Below are positions 53,180-63,059 of a stretch of DNA of 64,000 bases, piece by piece (the first letter of the stretch is position 1; every line of letters starts with the position of its first letter). The notes under the pieces were generated by a model. That model saw only the letters and a program-made list of their open reading frames with translations. It was not told the origin of the DNA and made no database searches. Position numbers and translations under genes: made by a program. The DNA comes from Schmidtea polychroa (taxonomy: Eukaryota). The stretch lies in contig CM097885.1 of NCBI GenBank assembly GCA_044892525.1, positions 6,450,001 through 6,514,000 of the forward strand, written 5' to 3'.

Positions 53180-53968
53180 ATGGATATTTGGAAACCAATT
53201 TTAAATAGACATAAATCTAAATTTAATAATAAAGTATTTCCTGATAATTTTAGATTATTAATTGTTGGTTCTTCTGGATGTGGAAAGAATGTACTTGTTT
53301 TGAAAATGTTGCTTGAAGATGGTTTTTTAGATTATAATAGTTTAATCTTTTACTCTACAACTATAAATCAACCAGAATTACAACTTTTGAAATGTGGATT
53401 TGAAAATAAATTAACTAAAAAAGCAATAATTGATATTTTTAAAAATCAACATAGATGTCCTGAAGAAGTTTTTCATCCTTGTGATATGGTTGATTGGTAT
53501 AAGGAAAAGATTTTAGAATCAGATATTAGTAATAAAAATGATTATATTTGTGAAGAGGGGCAGGAAATTCAAGTTTTATTCTCTAATAAATCTGAAGATG
53601 TTTTACATTGTGATTTACTTCCTAAAGATAAAAAGAATCTAGTTATATTTGATGATGTTGTTAATATGAAAAATCAAGAGATTCAAAAGAGTTACTTTAC
53701 AAGAGGAAGACATAATAATTGTAATGTTATTTATATATCTCAAACTTATTATGCTTTAGATAAAAATTCAATAAGAAATAATTCTAATTGTTTTATATTT
53801 TTTAAATTAGATCGCCGTGATAAGAATATGATTTATAATGATTTATTTTCAAATGTTGAACCTGATAAGAATATGTTTGATATGTTTGTTGATAATCATT
53901 GGAAAGAAAAATATAATTATATTTATTTGGATAGAGAAGAAGCTGAAATATGGAAAAGTTTGTTTTAA
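53180..53968 (+). CDS. A32/FtsK-like packaging ATPase
   Basis: Walker A GSSGCGKN (Thr/Ser replaced by Asn), Walker B LVIFDD, RGRHNN, YISQ, IRNN. Confidence 0.92.
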   Translation: MDIWKPILNRHKSKFNNKVFPDNFRLLIVGSSGCGKNVLVLKMLLEDGFLDYNSLIFYSTTINQPELQLLKCGFENKLTKKAIIDIFKNQHRCPEEVFHPCDMVDWYKEKILESDISNKNDYICEEGQEIQVLFSNKSEDVLHCDLLPKDKKNLVIFDDVVNMKNQEIQKSYFTRGRHNNCNVIYISQTYYALDKNSIRNNSNCFIFFKLDRRDKNMIYNDLFSNVEPDKNMFDMFVDNHWKEKYNYIYLDREEAEIWKSLF

Positions 53969-53983
53969 CTTGTTTTTTATAGT

Positions 53984-55339
53984 TCAGAAATCTGTTTTCT
54001 GTAACTCATTATTATAAAATCTACCTAATATTTTTTCATTATTTAAATCAAAGATGCTATATGTTATTGGAGTTGTATAATGTATTTTATTTATAATAAA
54101 AATTTCATTTGTCCATTTTGCTGTGAATCCTTTTTCAAATTTATATTTATATTTAAATATTCTTACTCGGTCACCAATTTTAAACTTTGGTTTTTCAATA
54201 ACATAATTTTCAACATTTACCACTTTAACGGTTTCAGGATTCAAGGAAGCATTTAAAGGTGTTGATTTTATAGAACTATGTACATCATTATTATATTCAT
54301 TTACAATCTTTTGTAACAATTCATTGTTCCATTTTTGTTTTCCAATAGCAGTAAAATATTTCCACATTTTATTTTTTAATGTTCTATTTAATCTTTCAAC
54401 CACAACTGCTTTTCCTTCGTTTTCTGTTGAATATAATTTAATATCATTTTCATTTAAAAACTTTGTAAAAACTTTGTTATAAAATTCTGTTCCTTTATCA
54501 CACCATAAATATTTTGGAATTCTTTGATGTTCTTCAAATATATTTTCAAATGCTTCTGTAATGGAATATCCTGTTTTATTTTCTAAACACCTTGCAAAGG
54601 CAAATCTTGTATATAAATCTATTACAGTTAAAATTATTTTATATTTTTCAGGGTCTGATGATTTGGTTGGCATAAAGACTAAATCTGCAGACCATGTTTG
54701 ATCTTTTTCATGTACTTGAACTTTTAAATATTTTTTATTTTTTCTAAATTCATGGTGTAATTCGTTGGCATATTTTATTTGTGATTCTGTTGGGGTTAAT
54801 AAACTAGTCTTGGATATATTCTCGAGGGATCTTTCAGCATCTGCTTGTTCAATAATCTTTTTATTAGCAACATTTTTTGCCATCCTCGGTAAACTAGCAC
54901 CTATGAAAATCATACCTTTCATTGCTAATTTAACTAGAGCTCTTTGAATCTTTTCTTGGGTTGATGGATTTTGGATACTATTTAAATCATGTATTAAATT
55001 AATATCTGCAACATGTCTATCTCTAAGATCTTCTGAATTGTAAGCAATATCATGTTTTAAAGCTGCTTGGTCGATTCTATTTATTGGTTCTTCTCCTTGT
55101 TTGGGATTATTATTTTCATCTAATCTAATATCTAATCTTGTTCCTGGTCCGGTATAGTTGTGTTTAAATAAATGTCTTTCACCTGGATATTTTTCTGTAG
55201 TAAAAGGTTTTAATATTGAAGATGTCACTTTTGAAGATTGTAGGTCGGCTCCTGTATGTTTTTTAGTTTTTAAATGACTTGCTTTATGATGTCTTGTAAC
55301 TTGACAATTACAACTTTCACATCTCCAATAGAGAGACAT
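53984..55339 (-). CDS. Zn finger + parvovirus-type phospholipase A2 domain + rve (DDE) integrase fusion
   Basis: CESC..H..HLKTKKH; NYTGPGT..IDQAALKHDIAY; WSADL, WCDKGTEFYN, VERLNRTLK; KFKIGDRVRI; ends without a chromodomain. Confidence 0.92.
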   Translation of the reverse strand: MSLYWRCESCNCQVTRHHKASHLKTKKHTGADLQSSKVTSSILKPFTTEKYPGERHLFKHNYTGPGTRLDIRLDENNNPKQGEEPINRIDQAALKHDIAYNSEDLRDRHVADINLIHDLNSIQNPSTQEKIQRALVKLAMKGMIFIGASLPRMAKNVANKKIIEQADAERSLENISKTSLLTPTESQIKYANELHHEFRKNKKYLKVQVHEKDQTWSADLVFMPTKSSDPEKYKIILTVIDLYTRFAFARCLENKTGYSITEAFENIFEEHQRIPKYLWCDKGTEFYNKVFTKFLNENDIKLYSTENEGKAVVVERLNRTLKNKMWKYFTAIGKQKWNNELLQKIVNEYNNDVHSSIKSTPLNASLNPETVKVVNVENYVIEKPKFKIGDRVRIFKYKYKFEKGFTAKWTNEIFIINKIHYTTPITYSIFDLNNEKILGRFYNNELQKTDF

Positions 55340-55356
55340 TTTAAAATGTTAAAATA

Positions 55357-56643
55357 TTAAGAATCTCCCCTAACATTTTCGATTATTGAAATCTTTCCAC
55401 CATATAATTTCATTTCTATTTTCTTTTCTTCTAATATTAATGTATATACTTTAGCTTTGAAATTAGAATCCTTTGTTACATGAAGTGTAACATCAACATT
55501 ATTTATGGCTAATCTATCATCTTGATCTGATACATTTATACAAAATATAGAATATAAATTTTTGAAATCTTCTAAACTTAATTGTGGTTCAACTTTGAAA
55601 TCATAACATGTTTCAATATAATTTAGATATGGGAATATGTTTTCATTATTTTCAATATTAAATTCCATTCTATTTATTGGATAATAAGAACTATTTAATT
55701 GAATTTGAATTGTTTTTAAATTATCATTTCCAATCTTTTGAATAAATAGATTGTTATTCTTTTGGAAAGATGAATCTACTTCTTTGAATCCAATCAAGAT
55801 ATATCTTGGTCGGTATGCTAAATTTGCTACCTTTATGGAATATGTTGAACCCTCTGTCATACTAAATTCACTACAGATTCTATTTAAATAATTTACATTT
55901 ATAGACTTGTTGGAATTTAATCTTTCAAGGAGTTTAATCTCGGAATGTGGGTTTAATGTCCATTCAGGTATATGTAATTCAAGTGTTGATAATTTTAATT
56001 TTGCTTTTGTATCTGCAGCTCCATAGAACAATCTTTTATCACCTTCTACTCTATTACAGATGAATTCTATAAAAACATTATGAAGTATACGATTATAGTT
56101 TTGAAGGAATCCAAACAAGTGTTTTAATTCAAAATAACCTTCAAATTTTTTAGATTTATAAAGTTCAGCTCTTTTATAGTAACCATAATTTATATCTAAA
56201 CCATCTTTATCTAAATCTCCTTTATTAACATCAGGAATCCAGCCTGTTAATTCACCATATTCATTTTTATAATCACAACCAGTCAAAATAAAATTTAACA
56301 TTGTAGAATATACTCCCGGATGTAAAACAGTTTCAATTTCTGATGATCCTAGTTTTATTCTCATGTTGGTAAATAAATTTGGAAAGAAATTATTTTCTAG
56401 GGTTATATCTTTGTTTGCTTCAATTTCTAATTCAATTTTATAATATAATTTAGCATTACAAATATCTATTGGGTTTGATGTTTGAAGAGATTGAAAAACT
56501 ATATCACCCCTACGATTTAAGTTTGCAATAGATCCTGAAGCTGGCGAGATTTTTAAAATATCATTTTTTTTTATTTCATGCATAAATTCTTGATTACAAT
56601 CAAGATTTAATTTATTTTTTTCTTGAATTTTTATATTATTCAT
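55357..56643 (-). CDS. Major capsid protein (double jelly roll)
   Basis: 428 aa; NFFPNLF..LGSSEIE, LKHLFGF, RPRYILIGF, IQLNSSYYP, YSIFCINVS pattern of Polinton MCP. Confidence 0.85.
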   Translation of the reverse strand: MNNIKIQEKNKLNLDCNQEFMHEIKKNDILKISPASGSIANLNRRGDIVFQSLQTSNPIDICNAKLYYKIELEIEANKDITLENNFFPNLFTNMRIKLGSSEIETVLHPGVYSTMLNFILTGCDYKNEYGELTGWIPDVNKGDLDKDGLDINYGYYKRAELYKSKKFEGYFELKHLFGFLQNYNRILHNVFIEFICNRVEGDKRLFYGAADTKAKLKLSTLELHIPEWTLNPHSEIKLLERLNSNKSINVNYLNRICSEFSMTEGSTYSIKVANLAYRPRYILIGFKEVDSSFQKNNNLFIQKIGNDNLKTIQIQLNSSYYPINRMEFNIENNENIFPYLNYIETCYDFKVEPQLSLEDFKNLYSIFCINVSDQDDRLAINNVDVTLHVTKDSNFKAKVYTLILEEKKIEMKLYGGKISIIENVRGDS

Positions 56644-56699
56644 TTTTATATATTAAAATTTACACACACAAAATAGGATTAATTAAATATATTATGTAA

Positions 56700-56781
56700 G
56701 CCATTATAGCGAAGTGGGAATAGGCTTCAATTTTATCACCGGGAGTACCGGGTTCAATTTTCGATTTTGGTCAATTTTTTT
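56700..56781 (+). ncRNA. tRNA-like Pol III unit 1 (more degenerate)
   Basis: TAGCGAAGTGG A box, GGTTCAATT B-box variant at tRNA spacing, T7 run; internal T4 runs may cause early termination. Confidence 0.5.
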
Positions 56782-56942
56782 CGATATTTTTTTTCAACGG
56801 AATCTGATTCAGCGTACTGATTTTAGTATATATTTATATTTTCAGATGGATCTGAGTGGTAGTTGTCGAGAAAATGAATAATTAATTATTAATTTCATCA
56901 ATAAATAGTCACACATTAACAACTTATTTTATATTGAGTATA

Positions 56943-57023
56943 GCTCTAATAGCTTAGTGGTAATAGCACTCGACTGCATTGCCAATACCAATGGGTTCAA
57001 ATCCCATTTCGGTCATTTTTTTT
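56943..57023 (+). ncRNA. tRNA-like Pol III unit 2 (tRNA-Cys-like 5' half)
   Basis: TAGCTTAGTGGTAATAGC D arm/A box, GACTGCA anticodon-like segment, perfect T arm ATGGG-TTCAAAT-CCCAT, T8 terminator; anticodon and acceptor stems imperfect. Confidence 0.7.
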
Positions 57024-57180
57024 CAAATTTTTTTTTAACGAAATATTGATCAGCATACTCGATTTAGTACTTGTACAAATTTTTAAGGTGATTGGTCAAC
57101 GGCAACTCTTGGAAATTTAAGATCAAAAACGTTTTAACTACCAAAAATTAATATATCCAATAAAAAAAATATTTATAAAA

Positions 57181-57432
57181 ATGGATGAGTTAAAAGAAAG
57201 AATGAGAAATGAATTGAATGAAGTTAAACATAAGAGAATGAAAAGAAGAGAAGAAGAACCATTAGAATACATCAAAGAGTTGATGGTAGATAATGAAAAG
57301 TATCGACATTTTTATATGAAGGCTGTAGATGTTGCTGATATAAGATTGAAGAAAATGAAACAATTACAGGAAAGAGTTAAAGAACTTGAATCGATTATTT
57401 ATAGTCTAAAAATGAGAAAAATCCAAACCTAG
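57181..57432 (+). CDS. Small coiled-coil protein (83 aa)
   Basis: AAAAATG start context; shares upstream ATATCCAATAAAAAA motif with the polB gene. Confidence 0.6.
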   Translation: MDELKERMRNELNEVKHKRMKRREEEPLEYIKELMVDNEKYRHFYMKAVDVADIRLKKMKQLQERVKELESIIYSLKMRKIQT

Positions 57433-58023
57433 ATAGCGCAGTGGGCTAGACTGGCACAGTGGTTCAAATGGATGGTGGTTCAAATCCTAACTGTGGTTAG
57501 TTTTTTTTCAACATAAAATAATATTAAAAATTTGAAAATAATATTGAAAATAGTGTGGGTATCTTAGATTTATAAAGTAGTTGTATATTTTATTTATTTT
57601 TATTTTATTTTATTTATTTTATTTTTTAAACATAAATATGAAAAAAAAATTATTGAAACGGGTGATGGTGGCGAACCGGTAATTATCGCCACCTGTCTTT
57701 CGAACACCCCCGGATCGATTCCATAATGTGCACATTTATTTCTCAGTTGTTTTCGGACCTCTTTCGAATTCACTTTCGAATTCATTTGTACTTTCGAGCA
57801 GCACGCTTAAAACGCCGATGAAATCGTATTCGAGCGAGAAGCGAATAATAAGGTGTGCTGCTATTATCGGATTGATTCTGATGTATGAGTCTGGCCAGCT
57901 TGTATATTAGAAGAGATTTGATAAACGAAAGAGGTTGAAATGATCCGGATCAAAAAAACTGTTGAGGGGACAGTGAAAAAAAAAATACCACTGTCCCCTC
58001 AGAGCAGTTTTACTATTTTTCAT
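57408..58023 (-). repeat. Right long subterminal inverted repeat of element B
   Basis: Reverse complement of about 43821-44474. Confidence 0.93.
57427..57508 (+). ncRNA. tRNA-like Pol III unit 3
   Basis: TAGCGCAGTGG A box, two GGTTCAAAT motifs (second GGTTCAAATCC), T8 terminator. Confidence 0.65.
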
Positions 58024-58096
58024 TTATTTTTTAATTTATATAATTTAAAATCAATAATCTGATAAAGATCAACTCCGGAGTTTGATTGCGATCAAA

Positions 58097-58347
58097 AGTA
58101 GTGTGTATATAGCCCTATCCCAAATAGCCCTCTAACTTTTTCATAATGCCATTTTCTTTTCTATTCTCTTTTTAGTTTGAAGCTTTTGAGTTTGAGGCTT
58201 TAAAGATTAAGGGTGGTTGTTGTTTAAAATATGGGGTTAAATACTATAAAAGTATAAGTTTTAGGTTGTTTTTCTAATGGTTTAAGCGTAATGGAGGTAT
58301 GTTTTTGTTGGGAGGGTTGTGTTGGTTGGGTATATATACACACTACT
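58097..58347. repeat. Right terminal cassette (251 bp) with its own 15-bp perfect inverted repeats
   Basis: AGTAGTGTGTATATA (58097-58111) and TATATACACACTACT (58333-58347). Confidence 0.93.
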
Positions 58348-58721
58348 TACGGCAGCAATAGGGGTGGGGTAAAAAATATTGCAACTTTTGATCACATAAT
58401 TGCTGATTTTTTTTCTGGGATTTTCAATACAAAAAGCCAAGGATAAGTCAGTATTATTTGGGTGGGTCTCCTTTCATTAGAGAAGGTGGTTTACATTAAA
58501 AAAAGTATAGTAAATTTTTAAATTAAAGCAAATTATGGGTTCAGATTTTTCAATTAAAATAAATTATGGTTCGAAAATTTAAATATAAAGTAAATGATGG
58601 GTCTAAAAATTAAATTAAAGTAATCAATGGAATCAAATAAGTAAATTATGGTCCAAAAAATTAAATTAAAGTAAATTAAGGTTCAGATTGTCATTTCTCA
58701 GGCGCTGTTTAGCAGGTAGTT

Positions 58722-58955
58722 AGTAGCCCGCTTGCAATTGCAAGTCGTTTTTTTTGTTGTTTTTTGATTCCGCAAATGTTGCAACTTGTTTTTTTTGTAT
58801 TGGAAATTCTAGAAAAAAAAATAAGCGTAGCTTACTCAACAACAAAAAAAACGAGTTCCAACAATTACGCAATCAAAAAAGCAAAAAAAAACGAGTTGCA
58901 ACAATTTTACCCCGTCCCCCTCCTCCCCGGGGGGTAATTGTCCCAGGGCGCTACT
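58722..58955. repeat. 234-bp foldback module with AGTAGC...GCTACT ends; right part repeated inverted at 61549-61643
   Basis: Short terminal IR plus imperfect internal IR; 58862-58957 is the reverse complement of 61549-61643. Confidence 0.75.
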
Positions 58956-60403
58956 AAGAATTTCATGTTGATTGATTAAAAATTTTAAGTTATATTGGTG
59001 ATTTTAATTGAATTTCTTGATAATTTGCTAAATTTTTTAAATTTTAAATAAAATTTAATTTTTAATGACTGTTAGGTTAATAATCAAGTAATAGGTTTAA
59101 CTTTAGATGACTTTGTAATGCATTAGACTAAATAATTTTTTTCAATAATTTTCTAAGAATATTTACACATATATATTTTGATCCTTATGGAATTAAACCA
59201 ACAAAAGAAGTCGAGGAATATTTAGGAGAAGAATACACTTGGAATACTCTACAAGTTCAACCTGACAACACTAAAATATTTGGAGTTTTGTGTTTATATG
59301 TTTTGTATAAATTAAATCAAGTTATTCCTCAAATTGAAGATGAATTTATAAATATAATTCAAGAAATCTATAATGATTTAGAAACTTGTCATTAAAAGGT
59401 TTTCCAAAACTTAATAGAATAAGTTTTTAAAATTTACAACTAGATCTAATCCGTCCTGGGATTCAAAAGAAGAAGTATCTAATTTAATTTCTTTTAAATT
59501 ATAAAAAGTAATCAATACTTACATTGTAAATTTTCATTTCGATTTATTGACACATTTATTCGTATTACCTAAATTATTAATTAATTAAATCAATAAATTA
59601 AAAATTTTGTTTACTTTTTCTTTTCAAATTTCCTTTAATCTTCGATTTTAAATTGTCTTCATTAATATTATCTAAATTAATTATTAAATTAATTAATAAA
59701 TAAATTAAAATTTACCAAATTCCTGAATTTTTTCTCAGACATTCATAACGTTTTCTATTAAAGAATTCATTTTTAAAGGTTAACGATTTGTTAAATGTGA
59801 CTAATGATAGATTATTGTTTATAGATTATCATTGTTTATAGATTATTATTGTTTATAGGAACAAATTCTAACCAATCAAGAGCAAGGAATGGTAGGAAAA
59901 AAAGTAAATATATTGCGTTGCGGTATTTTAAAATTAAAATTTATTTTAAAAACACATTTTGACGCTAAAGTCGACTTATGTAACAAAGACATAATAAACT
60001 TATTATTTCCTACAAATATTTCACCCACCAAATACCTAACTAGAGATGATATATATTGATTGTTCATAAAAGCAAACTTAATCACAAATTTCAGTATATC
60101 TTACAATAATTTTCAAGTAAATTTGAAGTCCTTGGTAAAGTTGACTGGTTTCTTAGCAAATGTTTTTTTAAAGTTCGTCAATGTGTAAATTGAGATATTC
60201 TTAGAAAATTATTGAAAAAAATTATTTAGTCAAATGCATTACAAAGTCATCTAAAATTAAACCTATTACTTGATTATTAACCTAACAGTCATTAAAAATT
60301 AATTTTTATTTAAAATTTAAAAAATTTAGCAAATTATCAAGAAATTCAATTAAAATCATCATTAAAACTTTAAATTTTTAATCAATCAAAATGAAATTCT
60401 TAG
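58955..60403. repeat. AT-rich inverted repeat pair (about 58955-59170 and 60181-60403) enclosing about 1 kb
   Basis: Direct reverse-complement comparison (GATGACTTTGTAATGCATT / AATGCATTACAAAGTCATC and flanks). Confidence 0.85.
59171..59395 (+). pseudogene. Fragment of a second element-B-type protease
   Basis: IYFDPYGIKPTKEVEEYL..LQVQPDNTKIFG..IQEIYNDL aligns with 51314-51739; His region missing, Cys replaced by Phe. Confidence 0.88.
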
Positions 60404-61832
60404 AAAATATATGAAAAAAATATTTAGTCAAATTCAATTACATTACAAAGTCATATCCTATCACTTGATTATTAACCTAACTGTCATTAAAAATAATTTT
60501 TTTTTAAATTAAAAAAACCAATCAATAAAAATGCATCCAATTATCAAGAAATTAATTAAATTTATCTTAGAACTAACTATAAATTTTTAAATTTTCATTT
60601 AATCCACATGAAATTAACAAAAATGTTAAATATTTCCTAAAACTATCAACTTAAAAAAAATTGCTATTGAATGTCTTAGACATCAAAATTTATCTAAATA
60701 ATCTTTCAAATTAATTCATTAAAATTGAAGAAAACACGCTCTATTTTGTCATTAAATTCAATTAAAATTAAATAAATCAAAATAAGAACTTTGATAAAAA
60801 ATAATATTCTAAAATGGTAAGAATTAACACTGTAGTGTTAAATGGAAAGGTAATTATTCTTTAAATCTAATTAACTTTGTCATAATTTCTTTAATTATTA
60901 CTACCAATTCTCATCATCTTTCAAAATTTATTACTTAATTTTAAATTGCATCATTTAATTTACTTCATTTAAAATTTTTGCATTTAATTTAGCAAATATA
61001 GCATTTAATTACTTTTTTTTTAAATATATCTCTTATTATTATTTCATAAAAAATCTATTTAAATTTATCATTGAAAATTATTTCAAAAAAATTTGCATCT
61101 CAAATTGTCAATTCTCATCGTTGATAGTTTTTCAAAATATCTGACAATAAATTATTACTGTAATTTTCAACTTTTTACTTAATTTAAAAGTATTACTATA
61201 ATTTAAAAATTTTAATTTTAATTTAATTCTATTTAATTTAATTTACTTAATTTTAAAAATTGGAACTTAAATTACTAATTTGAACCCTTAATTTACTTTA
61301 ATTTAAAATTTTAGACTTTATTTTAGAACTTAATTTAAAACTTTAGACCATAATTTACCTATTTATCAATAATTTACTTTAGTTCAATTTTAGATCCTTG
61401 ATTAATTCAATTTAAAAATATAGACCATAATTTACTTTAATTTAAAATTTAACCATCAATTTACTTAATTGAAAATTTTAGACCATAATTTTCATGTAAA
61501 ATTGTCATTGAAAAAATTTTCAATTCTCAGGCGCTGTTTAGTAGGTATTTAGTAGCGCCCTGGGACAATTACTCCCCGGGGAGGTGGGGGGGGGGGGTAA
61601 AATTGTTGCAACTCGTTTTTTTTGCTTTTTTGATTGCGTAATTGTTTTTACTGATTTATAGTCAAGATTTTAATAAATACAATGTCAATTGTAAAAAAAT
61701 CAGAGGTGAAATTGAAAGAAGTTTCTATTGTTTGCAGTAATTTATTAACATTTAAATTATTATTCGTTTTAAAATTATTAAATTTAAAGGTTAAAGGGAA
61801 TTTTTCAAATTTTGAAATGAGATACATTCATT

Positions 61833-62856
61833 TCATGTACCGCAAAGCGAATTCTTTTGGAAGGCATAATTATTTGACTCGTCCACTAGAAATCTTAAAA
61901 TTTCTTCACCGATAAAATAAGAAAAAAACTGAAAAGGAGTGTCTAAGTTCATAATTTCTTGTGAATACTCAGTGTTTCCAGCAAACTGGAAAGCATTTTG
62001 GACTATGTCCATATTCTGTACTCTCCACACTAAGTTTCTAGAGTTGAAAGGTTTAGTTTGCAGGTTGTTCTGGAAGCTAATTGTAGGAGTTGGGCTACGT
62101 TCGACAGTGTCTAAATTATGTTGCATGTCGGTATCTACGTTTGCTGCAGGCGGATCTGCATCCAAGTTTGGGTCAGTGGGAAAATTACCTACATCCTCTT
62201 CATCTTCTAGCTCCATCAGGCAATCTCTTTGGCTCGAATAATAGTCTATGTCATCTTCATTGTCGGTGGAATCGTCTTCCGAAATTTCACCATTTTCTAA
62301 CCGCTTCAATATTCTCTTCATCTATTCTGTTCGCATTTTTGATAAATTTCTATAATAAAATAAAAATAAAAGTAATTCCAACACCAAGCTATGCAGAAAA
62401 ATAATGAAACGGAAGTTCAAAAAGTTTTTATAGCTAAAGAATTAGTAGGTAGGTTTTATGTAGGGCGGAATGCCTGAAGTATCAAAATTGGTACTCACAA
62501 AAATAGAACTAGTTTCTTCAAGTAAAACATGCACTCGCAAAAAGTAATTATATCATAGGAAAAATAATATATTCACTTACCTCAAAAGTATTTATATTCT
62601 TCAGAAAAAGAAAATATATCAAATTTGTATTTAACAAAACTTTTAGTAAAATGTGTTTACTTGTTCACTTTGCCGCGCAAGTAATATGTCATAGATAAAA
62701 TAAAACAATAATGACATTTGTTTTTTTTAATTTCGTTGGAAAGAATATTATACAAAAGTAAAATACGAACAGCCAACCTATAAAAAAAACTAATAGTAAT
62801 GTGAACATTCGGTTTAAAAGATTGGTATCAAAATTGAAACTCTAGGTTATTAAGGG
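61833..62856 (-). mobile_element. piggyBac 5' end with truncated transposase N-terminus
   Basis: Terminus TTAA|CCCT on the minus strand at 62856; acidic N-terminus and TPFQFFSYF..LVDESNNYA motif. Confidence 0.8.
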
Positions 62857-63059
62857 TTAATAAGATAATTATATGAAGAAGCTTTGCAAAATCGCAGATA
62901 TAAAGAAGAAGAATATTTAACAAAGTCCATCAACACTTACGTGATACTGGGAAGTTTTAGCAAAATTTAATTGACTGTGAATGAATCCGAGGGAACCATT
63001 TTAAGAATGCTTGAAAGAAAATCCTCAAATACTTTGCCAACAGATCGTTGTGAATAGCA

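Larger units (their letters stand above)
43452..58347 (+). mobile_element. Element B: Polinton/Maverick (adintovirus-type endogenous virus), 14.9 kb
   Basis: Termini AGTAGT...ACTACT, 6-bp TSD TACGGC (43446-43451 and 58348-58353), with pPolB, integrase, ATPase, protease, and major and minor capsid genes. Confidence 0.96.

Noticed and set aside
56943..57015. Functional tRNA-Cys gene
   Set aside because: Anticodon stem cannot pair and the acceptor stem has mismatches; reported as a tRNA-like ncRNA instead.
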